Shown one piece after another: positions 30,837 through 41,895 of a stretch of 64,000 nt of DNA. Source of the DNA: an uncultured delta proteobacterium (GTDB lineage Bacteria; Desulfobacterota; Binatia; UBA9968). How positions within the stretch are numbered: the stretch's first letter is position 1; each line of letters starts with the position of its first letter. The notes below the pieces were generated by a model. That model saw only the letters and a list, made by a program, of their open reading frames with translations. It made no database searches and was not told where the DNA came from. The position numbers and the translations under genes are program-made. The DNA lies in assembly GCA_963847445.1 (NCBI GenBank), contig CAWJZV010000041.1, forward strand, positions 1 through 64,000, read 5' to 3'.

Positions 30837-31156
30837 TTATTTCCTCGCTTCGAGCTCCGGCCGCTGGCCGATGCCGGTGCGGGCGACTTCTGGTGTGATG
30901 ATGTAGGGCCCCTGACTGGTGTCGCGCCAGATTTGCTGGGTTAGTTCGCGTTACCGCCGGTGACGACGTAGGAAAGTGCGCCGCTGATCGCGCCGACGCT
31001 CATGACGATCGCTTTAATCGGCAGGAACCACATATTGCCCGCACTGACGCCGACGGCGACGCCGGCTTTTTCGATGTTGTCCTCGGCGCGTAGGTTGGCG
31101 GCGCCAGCGGCGACTATTGTGAAGGCTATCACGCCTGTCAGTATTTGGTTTTTCAT
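30837..31156 (-). CDS. Small exported/membrane hypothetical protein, frameshifted
   Basis: GAGGA RBS, signal peptide, continues across an indel to ...QGPYIITPEVARTGIGQRPELEARK. Confidence 0.6.
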
Positions 31157-31161
31157 TTCAT

Positions 31162-31515
31162 TTATCCTCTACCGAAAAATCTTTCACGGATGGCGTCGAC
31201 GCCATGGGTTGGGTTCCAATAACGGCGCACGCCGAAATAGTAACAGCAAGCTTCGTTATCGAGATCGTTGTTGAAGCAGCGTAATTGGCCGTCTTGAAAG
31301 CGCACGCGGGCCAGGCAGGTGCCGCCGGGAACCGATGAGGTCATGCACTCCATGACCACGCCGATGCCCCATTCTTCGTAGCGCCGATGATTGACCTCGT
31401 CGCCGACGCGCAGGTAAAGACGTTTGCCGTCGCTGTGAGCTGCGGCGCCGTTTTCGCGGCGGCGTTGGAAATGTTTAAGCGTGAGATCGACATTGGGGAT
31501 GGCGGATTTAGTCAA
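31162..31515 (-). CDS. DUF3553-like SH3-fold protein
   Basis: LYLRVGDEVNH..YEEWGIGVV...RVRFQDG...CCYYFG pattern. Confidence 0.65.
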   Translation of the reverse strand: MTKSAIPNVDLTLKHFQRRRENGAAAHSDGKRLYLRVGDEVNHRRYEEWGIGVVMECMTSSVPGGTCLARVRFQDGQLRCFNNDLDNEACCYYFGVRRYWNPTHGVDAIRERFFGRG

Positions 31516-31800
31516 GTGACGTTGCGCTTGACGCTGGCGGTTTGGCCGGTGGCGCCGTGGCAGTTTGGTCTTTGCGCGGCGCGCCGCGTTTTCTTTGCGG
31601 TAACTTGAGTTTGCGCACGACTGATCCTTCGATTCACAGGCCCGTTAATTCTCGCCGGCAACCAGCCGGAATTTCACTAGACTCATAATCCCAAAAATCC
31701 GGTTCAATAGTCAAGGTCTATCCGCTCTGGCGTCGAAATTTATTCACCGAGCTATGTCAGCATGGGATCGTCAGCCGGAGCTCGTCGTGGTTGGCAACGA

Positions 31801-32674
31801 TCACTGCAAGAACGGTAGGAGCGCTTCCACCAATGCCTTCGGATTGTCCTGATGCACCATGTGGCCGGCACCGTCGATGACGATCTGTCGACGATTGGCG
31901 ATGGCATCGTAGCGCTGTTGTTTGTCGGTGCGCCTGGTCTGATGGCTTTGTTTGCCGTCGACAATGAGCACCGGGCAGGCGATGCGGCGGAGAAATTCGA
32001 TGGCCTGGGCGGTGTAGAAGGGTTGGGGCGACGCGGTTCGGTGCAGCGGATCGAACTTCCAGACCCATTTGCCAGCGTCATTTTGTTTCATTGCGGCCTG
32101 TGCCAGAGCTTTGCGGCAAATGCTCTCCTGCAATCGCGGATTGGTCTGTCGTAATTGATTGGCGCCGGCCTCGACGCTGGAGTATTCGCGAAAGTGATTG
32201 CGGCCGCGTTCGCGGATTTCACCGATCCATTGCGCCATGCGCAGCGGCGCGTCGGCAAAATTCATGCCGACCGGGCCGACGCCTTCGATGAGCACGAGTT
32301 TTGTGACGCGCTCCGGAAAGGCGCCGGTGTAGAGCAGCGAAATCGTGCCGCCCATGGAGTGGCCGATGAGTTTGATGGACTTGACGCCGAGAGCTTGGAT
32401 CACGCAATCGAGGTCGAGTACGTAGTCGGGGAAATGGTAATAGCCGCCGCCGCCCACCCAGCCGCTATCGCCATGGCCGCGGCAGTCGGGAGCGACGATC
32501 CACAGCGGCCGCGCGGCGCGCCGTTGTAACTCGGCGACGAAGGGTGTCCAGCTAAAGGCCAGATCGAGAAAACCATGGACGAGCACCAACGGCTCGCCGT
32601 CGGGATCGCCCCACTCGAGGCAATGAATCGGCAAGCCGAGGGAGTCGACAGTATCGATGGCGAGGCTCGGACAT
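31801..32674 (-). CDS. Alpha/beta hydrolase
   Basis: LVHGF, DCRGHGDS, GHSMGG nucleophile elbow, AGHMVH. Confidence 0.9.
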
Positions 32675-32687
32675 GGCGCAGGTCGGG

Positions 32688-33166
32688 CTAGATGCGTTGA
32701 ATCGGCACTTCGACGAAGTCGGTTTTCTCACTCGACCACGCGAAGGCTTTGATGGCTTTCACGTTGCGGTCGTAGATCGATACGACAATTTGAACGCTGT
32801 CGGGATAAGGTCGGTTCTCCAAAAGGAGTAGCAGAATCACTGATCCTCGTGCGAAAAATAGGCTCGATGATTTGGGTGAGAGTGATAAAACGCTTTAAGC
32901 GTGTCGCCAATTTTCTCCCGCTTCAAGCAAAAGCGAGTCTAAGACTCTAACGTCCATGTTGTAAGCGATGGCTGCCGTGCGCGGATGGGTCTTGGGATCG
33001 AGGGCGTGAAGTTCGTTCTGAAGATTTCTCAGGCGTTGAACGCGATCGCGTTATTCCGTTTGAAAGCACGACACCGCAGCATTCTTCCGGAAACTCGTCT
33101 TCGGCATGGCGTGAAATTTCGTTCCACGCGGCTTCAGTTATGCACGACTTCGGTTGGTTTGCCCAT
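32688..33166 (-). CDS. JAB/MPN+ (M67, Mec-like) metallopeptidase, multiply frameshifted and absent from the ORF track
   Basis: Manual translation: HAEDEFPEECCGVV...AFYHSHPNHRAYFSHED...VVSIYDRNVKAIKAF. Confidence 0.75.
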
Positions 33167-33321
33167 ACTAGTTCATGTCTCTGCGCCGAATGGAGAATTC
33201 TTTAGCACAAGATACCCCGCAGTGCCATTGAGCGCGCCGACCTCCCGAATCGATGGCACCGCAGCCAGCGACCGACACTCAGGTAGACTCGACAGCGAAA
33301 AATAGCCGCAGAAAAATTGAG

Positions 33322-34018
33322 CTAGAAAGTCGGTGCCTTGCGATTGGTGTAGCGTTTGTAGACGTCGAGCACCAGGGTGGCGTACTCTTGGGAAAACTCT
33401 TCATTGTTCTCCAAGCGGTTTTGCAACTCCGACGGCCCAGCGTTGTAGGCGATCAAGGCGAGGTTGAGATTGCGAAATTGTTTTCTGAGATCGTGCAGAT
33501 AGTAGACGCCCATGCGGATGTTCAAGATCGGATCGTCGAGGGACTCGGGCCGGTAGGCGACCGGCTGCACGCCAAGTTCGCGGCCCAGAGTGTCGGTCAA
33601 GAACTTGCCGGTGTCGGGCATGATTTGCATAATGCCGCGAGCGCCCACCGGCGAGATCGCCGAGTATTGAAAGCGGCTTTCCACTTCGATCACCGCAATT
33701 ACCAGCATCGGATCGAGGTTGCGCTTCAAACTTTCTTCGAGGATGACTTCGGAAACCCGCCAGGCTTCGGAATCGGTAATGTCGGCGCGATGGGATTTGA
33801 CGATGTTGTAAACTTTGACCAGCTCTTTGGGTCGGGGTCTTTCGACCACTTCGACGATTTTGACGATTTCGGTAATTTTGGGCGCGTTGCCAGTTCTGCG
33901 GAAAACCTCGGAAAGCCATCAGCGCCGGCATAAACAAAGCGACGGCGAGGACCAGTTTCGCGCAAACGCTGCCGCAGCTTAAAGTACGAGTGTGCGTTTT
34001 TTTACGACGTGTCTGCAT
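33322..34018 (-). CDS. Lytic transglycosylase (SLT domain), frameshifted
   Basis: VIEVESRF, AISPVGARGIMQIMP, ALIAYNAGP. Confidence 0.88.
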
Positions 34019-34211
34019 ACTTTAATTCCTTGGATTTTGAAATTGTTGAAACCGACGACGCGTTTCGAAAGTTCGAAAGCTGGTGATTAACTATCAAACG
34101 GCTTCGGTCAAGTCAATCGCAAGAATAAAAAAATGCTACTTGGCGACTGGAGAAATCGCGGCCCGACATCGCGAAAATATTTTCTTAAGAAAAACCTTTT
34201 GCTACGCCGCG

Positions 34212-34250
34212 AAAAAAACAAGGGGCAAGGAAATCCTCCTTGCCCCTTGT
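34212..34250 (-). terminator. Intrinsic terminator of ubiD copy 3
   Basis: ACAAGGGGCAAGGA/TCCTTGCCCCTTGT stem plus a 7-A tract (U tract on the minus strand). Confidence 0.8.
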
Positions 34251-34275
34251 CGTCAACTTGACTTGATGTGTGAAA

Positions 34276-35849
34276 TTATCGGCCGGTGCGCGCCAGTGAA
34301 TGAACCCAGCCCTGCATGCGGCTCTTGGCGTTTTGAATGTCTTTGTCGCTGAACCATTTCTTCAGATCGACCTTGTCGACCGGGTAGACCGGCCGCATGA
34401 AATCGCTCTCGTAGCCGAACGGCACGGTGGCGTCGATGCCCATGCCGCCTTCGAAATTGGTATTCGATGCGGTCCATTCTTTTTCGCCGGCGGTCATGCG
34501 CTCGGCGGGCATGAAGGTTTGGCCGCGGCCGCCGGGCAGCGGATTGATGATGTCGGTCTTGGGATTGACGCGCGTGGTGATGTTCCACATGATGTCGTCC
34601 ATGTCGTAGGGATCGCTGTCTTCGCTGACGGCGACCACCACAGCGCGAGCCTTGCGAGGTCGCGAGGATCGCCGCCATGAAATTGCGCTGCCAGCCTTCT
34701 TCGATGCGGTTGCGTTTCTTTACCTGAATGATCGCGCCGCCCCAATCGGTCATGCAGTAGGGGATGTTGACGTCCATGATGATGCCGGGCTGCATTCTTT
34801 CGCAAAGCTCGAACATCGCCGCCTCGCGCACCGTGGTGTCGATGTTGTGATCGTCGAGGGTGTGCACGCCGAGCGGGAAGATGATCGGCTTGCCTTCGCG
34901 CTTGCGGGTGGTCACGGCGGTGACATGGAAGGTCGGCGCTTTGTAGGCTTTGCCCATGTAGCCGGCCCATTCCGGATGGAAATGGAAGCGGCCTTGGATG
35001 CCGGCTTTTTCCGATTCCGCGGTTTCGAAACGGCGATCGCGCGGATTGACGTAACCTTCGAGAATGACTTCCGCGTCGGCCAGAGCATAGGCGTCAACGG
35101 TGCGCGCTTTGACCAAACGCATGGGCGCGCCTTGCACGGCGCCGGCGATGCCGACTTCATCGCAGCCTTGCGGCAGGATGACGTAATCGAAACCGGCGCC
35201 GGCGAGCAGCGAGCCCGCCACCGGCAAGCCGAAGTTCATGGTGATCGGCACCATTTTGTTGTCTTTGTAATACTTGCTGACGACCTGCCACATGTGCGAG
35301 CCGGGGGATATTTGGAAAGTGCCGACATTGCCCCAGCGGAAGTTCATGCGGTTGTAGCCGAGATCGGTGCCGCCGTTGAAATACTCGCCGGAGATCAAGC
35401 GGTTGCCGGAACCGACGGTCAATTCGGGCTCGATGTCGGTGTGACGGATCGGCACGACAAAGTCGTTGGCTTCCGCCGGCTTCTCGTAAACTTCTTCTTG
35501 CACCGGCGCGTCTTTTTGATCGACGACGATGGGCGCGAATCGGATGGGTGATGGCGTAGGCGAGTTTTCGCGTGCGATCGGCGTGATCTTTCCAGCCGAA
35601 CATCTTGTTGATGACGTTCATGTCGCCGAACAAATTGGTGATACAGCGATGCTGCGGCTTGCCTTTGACGTTGTTGAAAAGGATCGGGCAACCGCCGTCG
35701 AGCTTTTTCTGAATGCCGGTGAGTTCCAGGTTGGGGTCGACCTCTTTGTCGGTGACGATGATGTCCCCTTCTTTTTTCATCCACTCGATCGCGCTGCGTA
35801 GATCTCTTGCTTCCTCCGGCGATGCGCCGTCTCGCTTAGCTTGTGCCAT
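34276..35849 (-). CDS. UbiD family decarboxylase, phthaloyl-CoA decarboxylase (Pcd/PhtDa)-like, frameshifted
   Basis: GYNRMNFRWGNVGTFQISPGSHMWQV, QGRFHFHPEWAGYMGKAYKAPTFHVTA, LPGGRGQTFMPAER and SLARTGR end match Pcd-clade sequences as I recall them. Confidence 0.75.
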
Positions 35850-36195
35850 TCTTTCCCTCCGAATGATTTACTTTTCTGATCTCAACTGAACGCGGTAAAC
35901 AAATCCCTAAACCGACAGCTTTATTGAAGATCTAAGACCTTCGGCAAACAAAATTGATGGGAAATTAATCCAAATCAGGCTGTTTGAATGGTGCCTAGGA
36001 ATATACAGAATTTCTCCCAAAGTCAACGAAGGCTCGGTCGATCGGCGCGGTCGATTCGATATTCCGGCCTGCGGTGCGATCGCGTCGTGTCGCTACAGTT
36101 GCACGGGACCTTTTGGGCGCATATTGCGACTTTACAGTTACTATGCGGCCTGCTATCTGTGCTGGATTATCGTTGCGGATTCCTGAGGAGAGTTT

Positions 36196-39100
36196 ATGGC
36201 CGTTGGCGTTCTGCGTTCTAAACAGGATTGGCTCTTGCTCGTCGGTCTGTTTTGTTTCTTTTTTTCCGGCGCGGCCGGACTGATTTACCAGGTGGTCTGG
36301 ACCCGGATGTTGTCGCAGATATTCGGCAATACCACTTACGCCATCGCCACGGTGTTGTCGGCCTTCATGGCAGGATTGGCCATCGGCAGTTACTGGTTCG
36401 GCAAGATCGCCGACCGCGGCAAGAATGATTTCTTGTTGTACGGCCTGCTCGAAGCCGGGGTCGGCGTCTACGGATTCCTCGTGCCGTGGTTTTTCGCCGG
36501 GGCGCAAAAAGTCTACGGACCGATCTTCTCGCTCAACGAAAGCCATCCGTTTCTTTTCAATCTGTTCTTGTTCTTTCTTTCCTTCGTCTTGCTGGTGTTC
36601 CCAACTTTATTGATGGGCGCGACTTTGCCGGTGCTGAGCCGCTTTTACGTGCGCAGCTTCGCGCAGTTCGGCCGCCGCGTCGGCGATCTTTACGCGACCA
36701 ATACGCTGGGCGCGGTGATCGGCTGCGCCGCGGGCGGATTTTTCTTGATTCCGGTCTATGGCATGCGCACTACGGTCTACGTCGCCGCCGGCGTCAATAT
36801 GGTGATCGCCATCGTCATTCTGATCGTCGATCGCCTGCGCGATCCTGAGCCGGTGGCCGCTGCCAGGCGGAGACCGAAGCGCGCAGCCAGGACGCTGCCA
36901 GCGCCGCGGCGCAAGGCTCAACTTATCTTGACTGGGTGTTGCTCGGCTCTTTCGCGCTCTCCGGATTTCGCCTCGTTGGTTTATGAAAATGCCTGGACGC
37001 GCTCGCTCACGCTGGTCATCGGCAGTTCGATCTATTCGTTTACGACCATGCTGGTGACTTTTCTCATCGGCCTGGCGTTGGGCGGATTTATTTATGCGCG
37101 GGTTCTGGGCAATCGCGAAGCGCGCTTGAGCACCTTCGGCCTGCATCGAGCTATGGGTCGGCTTGTCGGCGCTGGCGACGATCCCGCTGTTCGAGCGCCT
37201 GCCGCTGATCTTTGTCCGATTGCTGCATGGCTTCGGCGATACCTTCACGGTTTTTCTTTACTTGCAGATTTTTCTGTCGGCGCTGGTGATGTTCATTCCG
37301 ACTATTCTATTGGGGATGACGTTTCCGCTGGTGGCGCGGCTGTTTACCCAAAGCCTTTATCGCGTTGGCAGCGGCGTCGGCAGTTCCTATGCGGCCAATA
37401 CTGTCGGCGCGGTACTCGGCGCCTTCGCCGGCGGCTTCATTTTGATTCCCCAACATCGGCGTGCAGAACACGATCATCTTCGGCGTGGTGCTGAATCTTG
37501 TTGATCGGTTGCTGGTTGATTGTCAGCGACGCGCGGCTGTCGTTCGTTGCCGCGTTATGCGCTTGGGCTTGCGGTATTGATTCTGGCGGCGATCGTACCG
37601 TTCAAGGTCAAGCGCTGGGACCCGCAGTATATTGACCAGCGGCGTGACGATTTACAACGATCGCTACGAGGCGCTGCCGAGCGATTCATTGCGCATCGAA
37701 GAGATGAAGCGCGACGAGGTGCTGTTTTACCGCGAGGGGCTGACGACCACGGTCAGCGTCCACAAGATCCTTGGCAGCGATTATATTTACTTCAAATCCA
37801 ACGGCAAGATCGACGGTTCCTACGGCGATGCGCTGAGCCAGTTGATGACCAGCTACATCGCCATGATGCTGCATCCGAAGGCCGAGACCGCGCTGACCAT
37901 CGGACTGGGCAGCGGCATGTCGGCCAAGGCGCTGGCGACGTTTAAGTCGCTCAAGGACATCGAAGTCATCGAGATCGAGCCGGCGATGATCGAAGCGAGT
38001 AAGTTTTTCGACCGGCAGTCGGTGCGCGTCGATAAATTCCCGGCAGGGGTGAGCTTTCCCCGCCGACGATAGCAAGGGCCGGGTCTGGTACAACGCGGCG
38101 GAAAAGCGTCTCTATTATAAAGGCGTCATGAGCGATGCCGAACGCACCGAGTTGATGAATCGCTCGGAGGACAAAGATTATCGCGGCATGATCGACCGGC
38201 TCTACCGCAACGCCCGCCACTCGCGCCACTCGAGCGTCTTGGAAGACAAGCGGGTGCGGGTGATTCCCACCGATGGGCGCAACTATATTTTAGCGACGCC
38301 GAAATTTTACGACGTCATCACCGCCGAGCCGTCCAATCCGTGGATCGCCGGCATCGCCAATCTGTATACCCGCGAGTTTTACCAGGTCATCAAGTCGAAG
38401 ATTAAAGACGACGGCATTTTCGCCCAGTGGTTTCACAACTATTCGATGTCGCCGGACGATTTCCGCATGGTCTTTCGCACCTTCGCCGAAGCGTTTCCCC
38501 ATGTCTCGCTGTGGAGCATGAAGGAAAGCGACTTCCTGCTCATCGGCAGCAAGAAGGAGCAGATGTTTGACTATCCGGCGGTCAAAGCGATTTTCGACAA
38601 CAACGAAATGCTCCGTTCGGACTTCCAGTATCTGGGTCTGTCGGATGTTTATGCCGTGCAGGGATTCTACCGCATGGGCAAGGACGGCTTTCTAGCGTTC
38701 TCCAAGGGCGCGAGGATCAATACCGACGATGGCGCGGAATTGGAGTTCTCCGCGCCCAAGAACCTGCGCCGCGCGACCACGGAGCTCAACCGGCGGATCA
38801 TGACGCCTTTTCTCGTCGATACGCCGCCTTGGCTGAAAAAAGGTTCCTTACCGGTGCCCCAGGCGATGCATCATTTTTACCTGGCGCAATCCTATGCCGC
38901 GAGCGTGGCGCGCAACCGTGCCTTGACCGAGCTTGAAGAAGCGATCCGCTTGGAGCCGAAGAATCCCAAGTTTCAATTGCTGAAAATGAAAATCCTCTTA
39001 GAGCAGGACAAGAGCACCGAGGGCGCGCAGGCGGCGTTCAAGGCGCTGGAGCAAGGCGCCGAGCATATTCCCGATGTCCTCGCCATGAGCGATGAGTTTT

Positions 39101-39642
39101 ATTTGCCCGACGCCAAGGTGGTTTACAAAAAGATCATCGACATGGGAACTAAAGAAGTGTTGCCGTACTTGGGTCTCGGCAACATCGCGTTGCACTCAGG
39201 CGATATCGCCGAAGCTGAGAAATGGTTCATTCCGGCCCGTGAGTTGCAGCCGGAACATCCGGCGGTTTTGCTGGCCTGGGGCCGCCTAACCGCGGTCAAA
39301 GGCAATCGCACGACCGACGCGGCGCAGGCTAAGAAAGAGCGCCAAGAAGCGCGCCGGTTGCTCGAGTTATCGAAAACCAAAGGCGAGGAATCCGCCACGA
39401 TATTCACGGAATTAGGCGCGGTCTACTTTAAGCTCGAGATGTGGGACAAGGCGGCGGAGAATTATGAAGTCGCCCTGCGCATGCGCCGGCGCCGCAACGA
39501 TCTGCGCATGGAGCTGGGAAAAGCCTATGCCAAGCTCGGCAGGACGGCGGAGGCTGAGCAAAAATTTCGCCAGGTGTTAGCGTTTAGCGCCGACGACGCC
39601 GACGCGTGGCGCGAGTTGCAGTTGCTGGGTAAGGCTTACTGA
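36196..39642 (+). CDS. Fused MFS-like/spermidine synthase-like methyltransferase with C-terminal TPRs, frameshifted
   Basis: SGAAGLIYQVVW, LMGATLP, LYATNTLG repeats; NGKID, IGLGSG, VIEIEP, DGRN, DVITAEP; TPR tail. Confidence 0.85.
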
Positions 39643-39844
39643 GTTTCCGACTAGCGCGATTCACCACGGCGAACATGGTTCGAGCGCTCATCATCAGCGA
39701 CGAGTCGGCAGCCGCAGCGAAACGCTCGTCGGTCAGCATTAGTTCCTGAATCTAAAGCAACTGGCGCACAAAATTCGGGGTTACCGGCGGTTGGGTCGCA
39801 GCTGGTCGTATGCCGCGATAGTTTTTGAATCGAGGAGGCTGCCA

Positions 39845-40658
39845 GTGTTGAAGGAAAAAATCGGCGTGGTCGGCGCGGGGAAAATCGGTGCGGCGATCAT
39901 GCGCGGGATCGTCCGGGCCGGCTTGGCCGGCAAAGATCAAGTGATGGCGAGCGATGTCAGCGAGCAACTGCGCGCTGCCGTGGTCGAAGGAACTCGATAT
40001 CAAGGCGACCGCGGATAACGGCGTGCTGTGCGATTTCGCCGATATTGTCATTCTCGCCGTCAAACCGCAGATCGTCGATCCAGTCGCCAAAGAGATCGCC
40101 AAGAAGCTCGGCAGCAAAAAGCTCCTGGTTTCGGTGGCCGCCGGCGTGCCGATCGCGCGCATCGAGGCCAATTTGGCAAAAGGCGCCCGCGTCGTGCGCG
40201 TGATGCCGAATATCGCTTGCGTCGTCGGCGCCGGCGCGGCGGGATTCGCCGGCGGCAGCAATGCGACGGCGGACGATCTGGAAAAAGTCGGCGCCATCCT
40301 CAATAGCTTCGGCGTCGGCATGCCGGTGGAAGAGAAATACTTGGACGCGGTCACCGGTTTGAGCGGCAGCGGCCCGGCGTATGTTTTGCTGTTCATGGAA
40401 GCGCTCGCCGACGGCGGCGTGCAGGTCGGCCTGGCCCGCGACGTTGCGCTCAAACTCGCCATGCAGACGGTTTATGGCGCCGCCAAGATGGCATTGGAAA
40501 GCAATAAGCATCTGGGCGAGCTCAAAGACGAAGTCACTTCACCCGGCGGCACCACCATCGCCGGACTCTACGCCATGGAGCAAAAGGGTTTCCACGGCAT
40601 CGTTATGGATGCGGTGGTCAATGCGACAAGACGGTCGCAGGAGTTGGGGAAGGGGTAG
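39845..40658 (+). CDS. proC: Pyrroline-5-carboxylate reductase, one indel
   Basis: IGVVGAGKIG, LAVKPQ, RVMPN, GSGPAY, VTSPGGTT. Confidence 0.93.
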
Positions 40659-40719
40659 GGATATTAATGCAAAGGGTAAAAGTTAAAAGGCCAAAACTCA
40701 AATCAGCTTCCAGGTTCTG

Positions 40720-41256
40720 CTAGCGATCCTTCCAGCGTTCGACATCGCGCTTGTCGAGGTAACCCGGCTTGCCGCCCTTTTGCGATTCCACTCTCAACCA
40801 GTCACCCTCGGAGCGGATGACGTTGACTTTGATATCCGCCGGAAGCCGGGTTACGACCCGGGCATTGGTGCTCGGTGTTTCACGCAGGTCTTGTTCGCGC
40901 AGCGTGCGATAGGGGCCGGCGACTGATGTGATGGGGATTGACCTGCGGGCGCCCCGGCCGCGGTTGCGGGCGCGGGCGAACTGTTCGTCGATGTAGCCGG
41001 GCTTGCCGCCATGCTTGGACTCGACCTGAAGCCAGAAACCCTCCTTGCCGACGACGTTGATCTGGATGCCCTTGGGCAGGATCGTGATGACTTTATGAAA
41101 GTTGCCGGCGCCTTCGCGTAGTGGAACATCGGCGGTGGTTTCGTAGGAACCTTTGTATTGCTGTGCCTGAACCGGATCCGCACTAAACATTCCGGTCAGC
41201 GCAAGACCGAGCGCAACCAACATACCCGCGGCACCGGCACCGACTCTATGAGCCAT
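40720..41256 (-). CDS. Exported protein with two bacterial SH3 domains
   Basis: Signal peptide; two repeats LRE..../INV...EG.WL.VES..GGKPGY. Confidence 0.8.
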   Translation of the reverse strand: MAHRVGAGAAGMLVALGLALTGMFSADPVQAQQYKGSYETTADVPLREGAGNFHKVITILPKGIQINVVGKEGFWLQVESKHGGKPGYIDEQFARARNRGRGARRSIPITSVAGPYRTLREQDLRETPSTNARVVTRLPADIKVNVIRSEGDWLRVESQKGGKPGYLDKRDVERWKDR

Positions 41257-41300
41257 TATGGTTCTCCTCACGACCGTTGGACGTATCGATAGCTTATTCG

Positions 41301-41883
41301 TTACTTTTTCTTCCAGTTTCCCTGGCCGTCTTGGATCCACCAACCGGGACGGGCTTGTTCGAGCCAGCTTTTGGCGAAGATCGCTTTGATCTTGGGAATG
41401 CTTTCAGTGGAAATGTTGTTGGCCTTGGCGATCTCGACGTAGAGGTTTTCGCGATCGCGGTTCTCGGCGTCGACCAACTGTTTGGACTCGGCGCGTTCCT
41501 TCAGGTTCAAGTCCGTCGGTGTTGCGGATCGCCAGCAGGCCGTCGGCGGCGATGCCGATGTTGCCGCGATCCATGAACGGTTTGATCGCTTCGCTGCGCG
41601 CCTTGATCGAGTCCTTGATCGCGCGAATCGCCGGATTCGACACGTTGATGTCAGCCTCCTGCGCATGGACTGCGCCGACGAGACTCAGAGATGCCAACCG
41701 CCAAGGCAAAAATCGATTGTCACTTTGCGGCGCCGGCGGCGGGGCTGACTTCGACGGTTCGCCCCAAGTTTCTTTGACGATCTGCTCGGCGGCGCGCTCC
41801 ACCGCGGCGGCAGGGAAATAAATGTTTACGGTTACGCAGGCGCTGACGATGAAGGCCAAAATAAAAGTTGTACGTTTTAACAT
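41301..41883 (-). CDS. YdbL/DUF1318 family lipoprotein with YnbE-like N-terminus, frameshifted
   Basis: VSAC lipobox, VTVNIYFPAA, VDAENRDR..LY.EIA, GWWIQ...G.W. Confidence 0.75.
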
Positions 41884-41895
41884 TGCTCCTCCGGG

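Noticed and set aside
32688-33166. CBASS/Pycsar defence system (JAB plus cyclase)
   Set aside because: No CD-NTase, E1/E2 or effector. The cyclase is a membrane CHASE2 receptor 7 kb away and the JAB is Mec-like.
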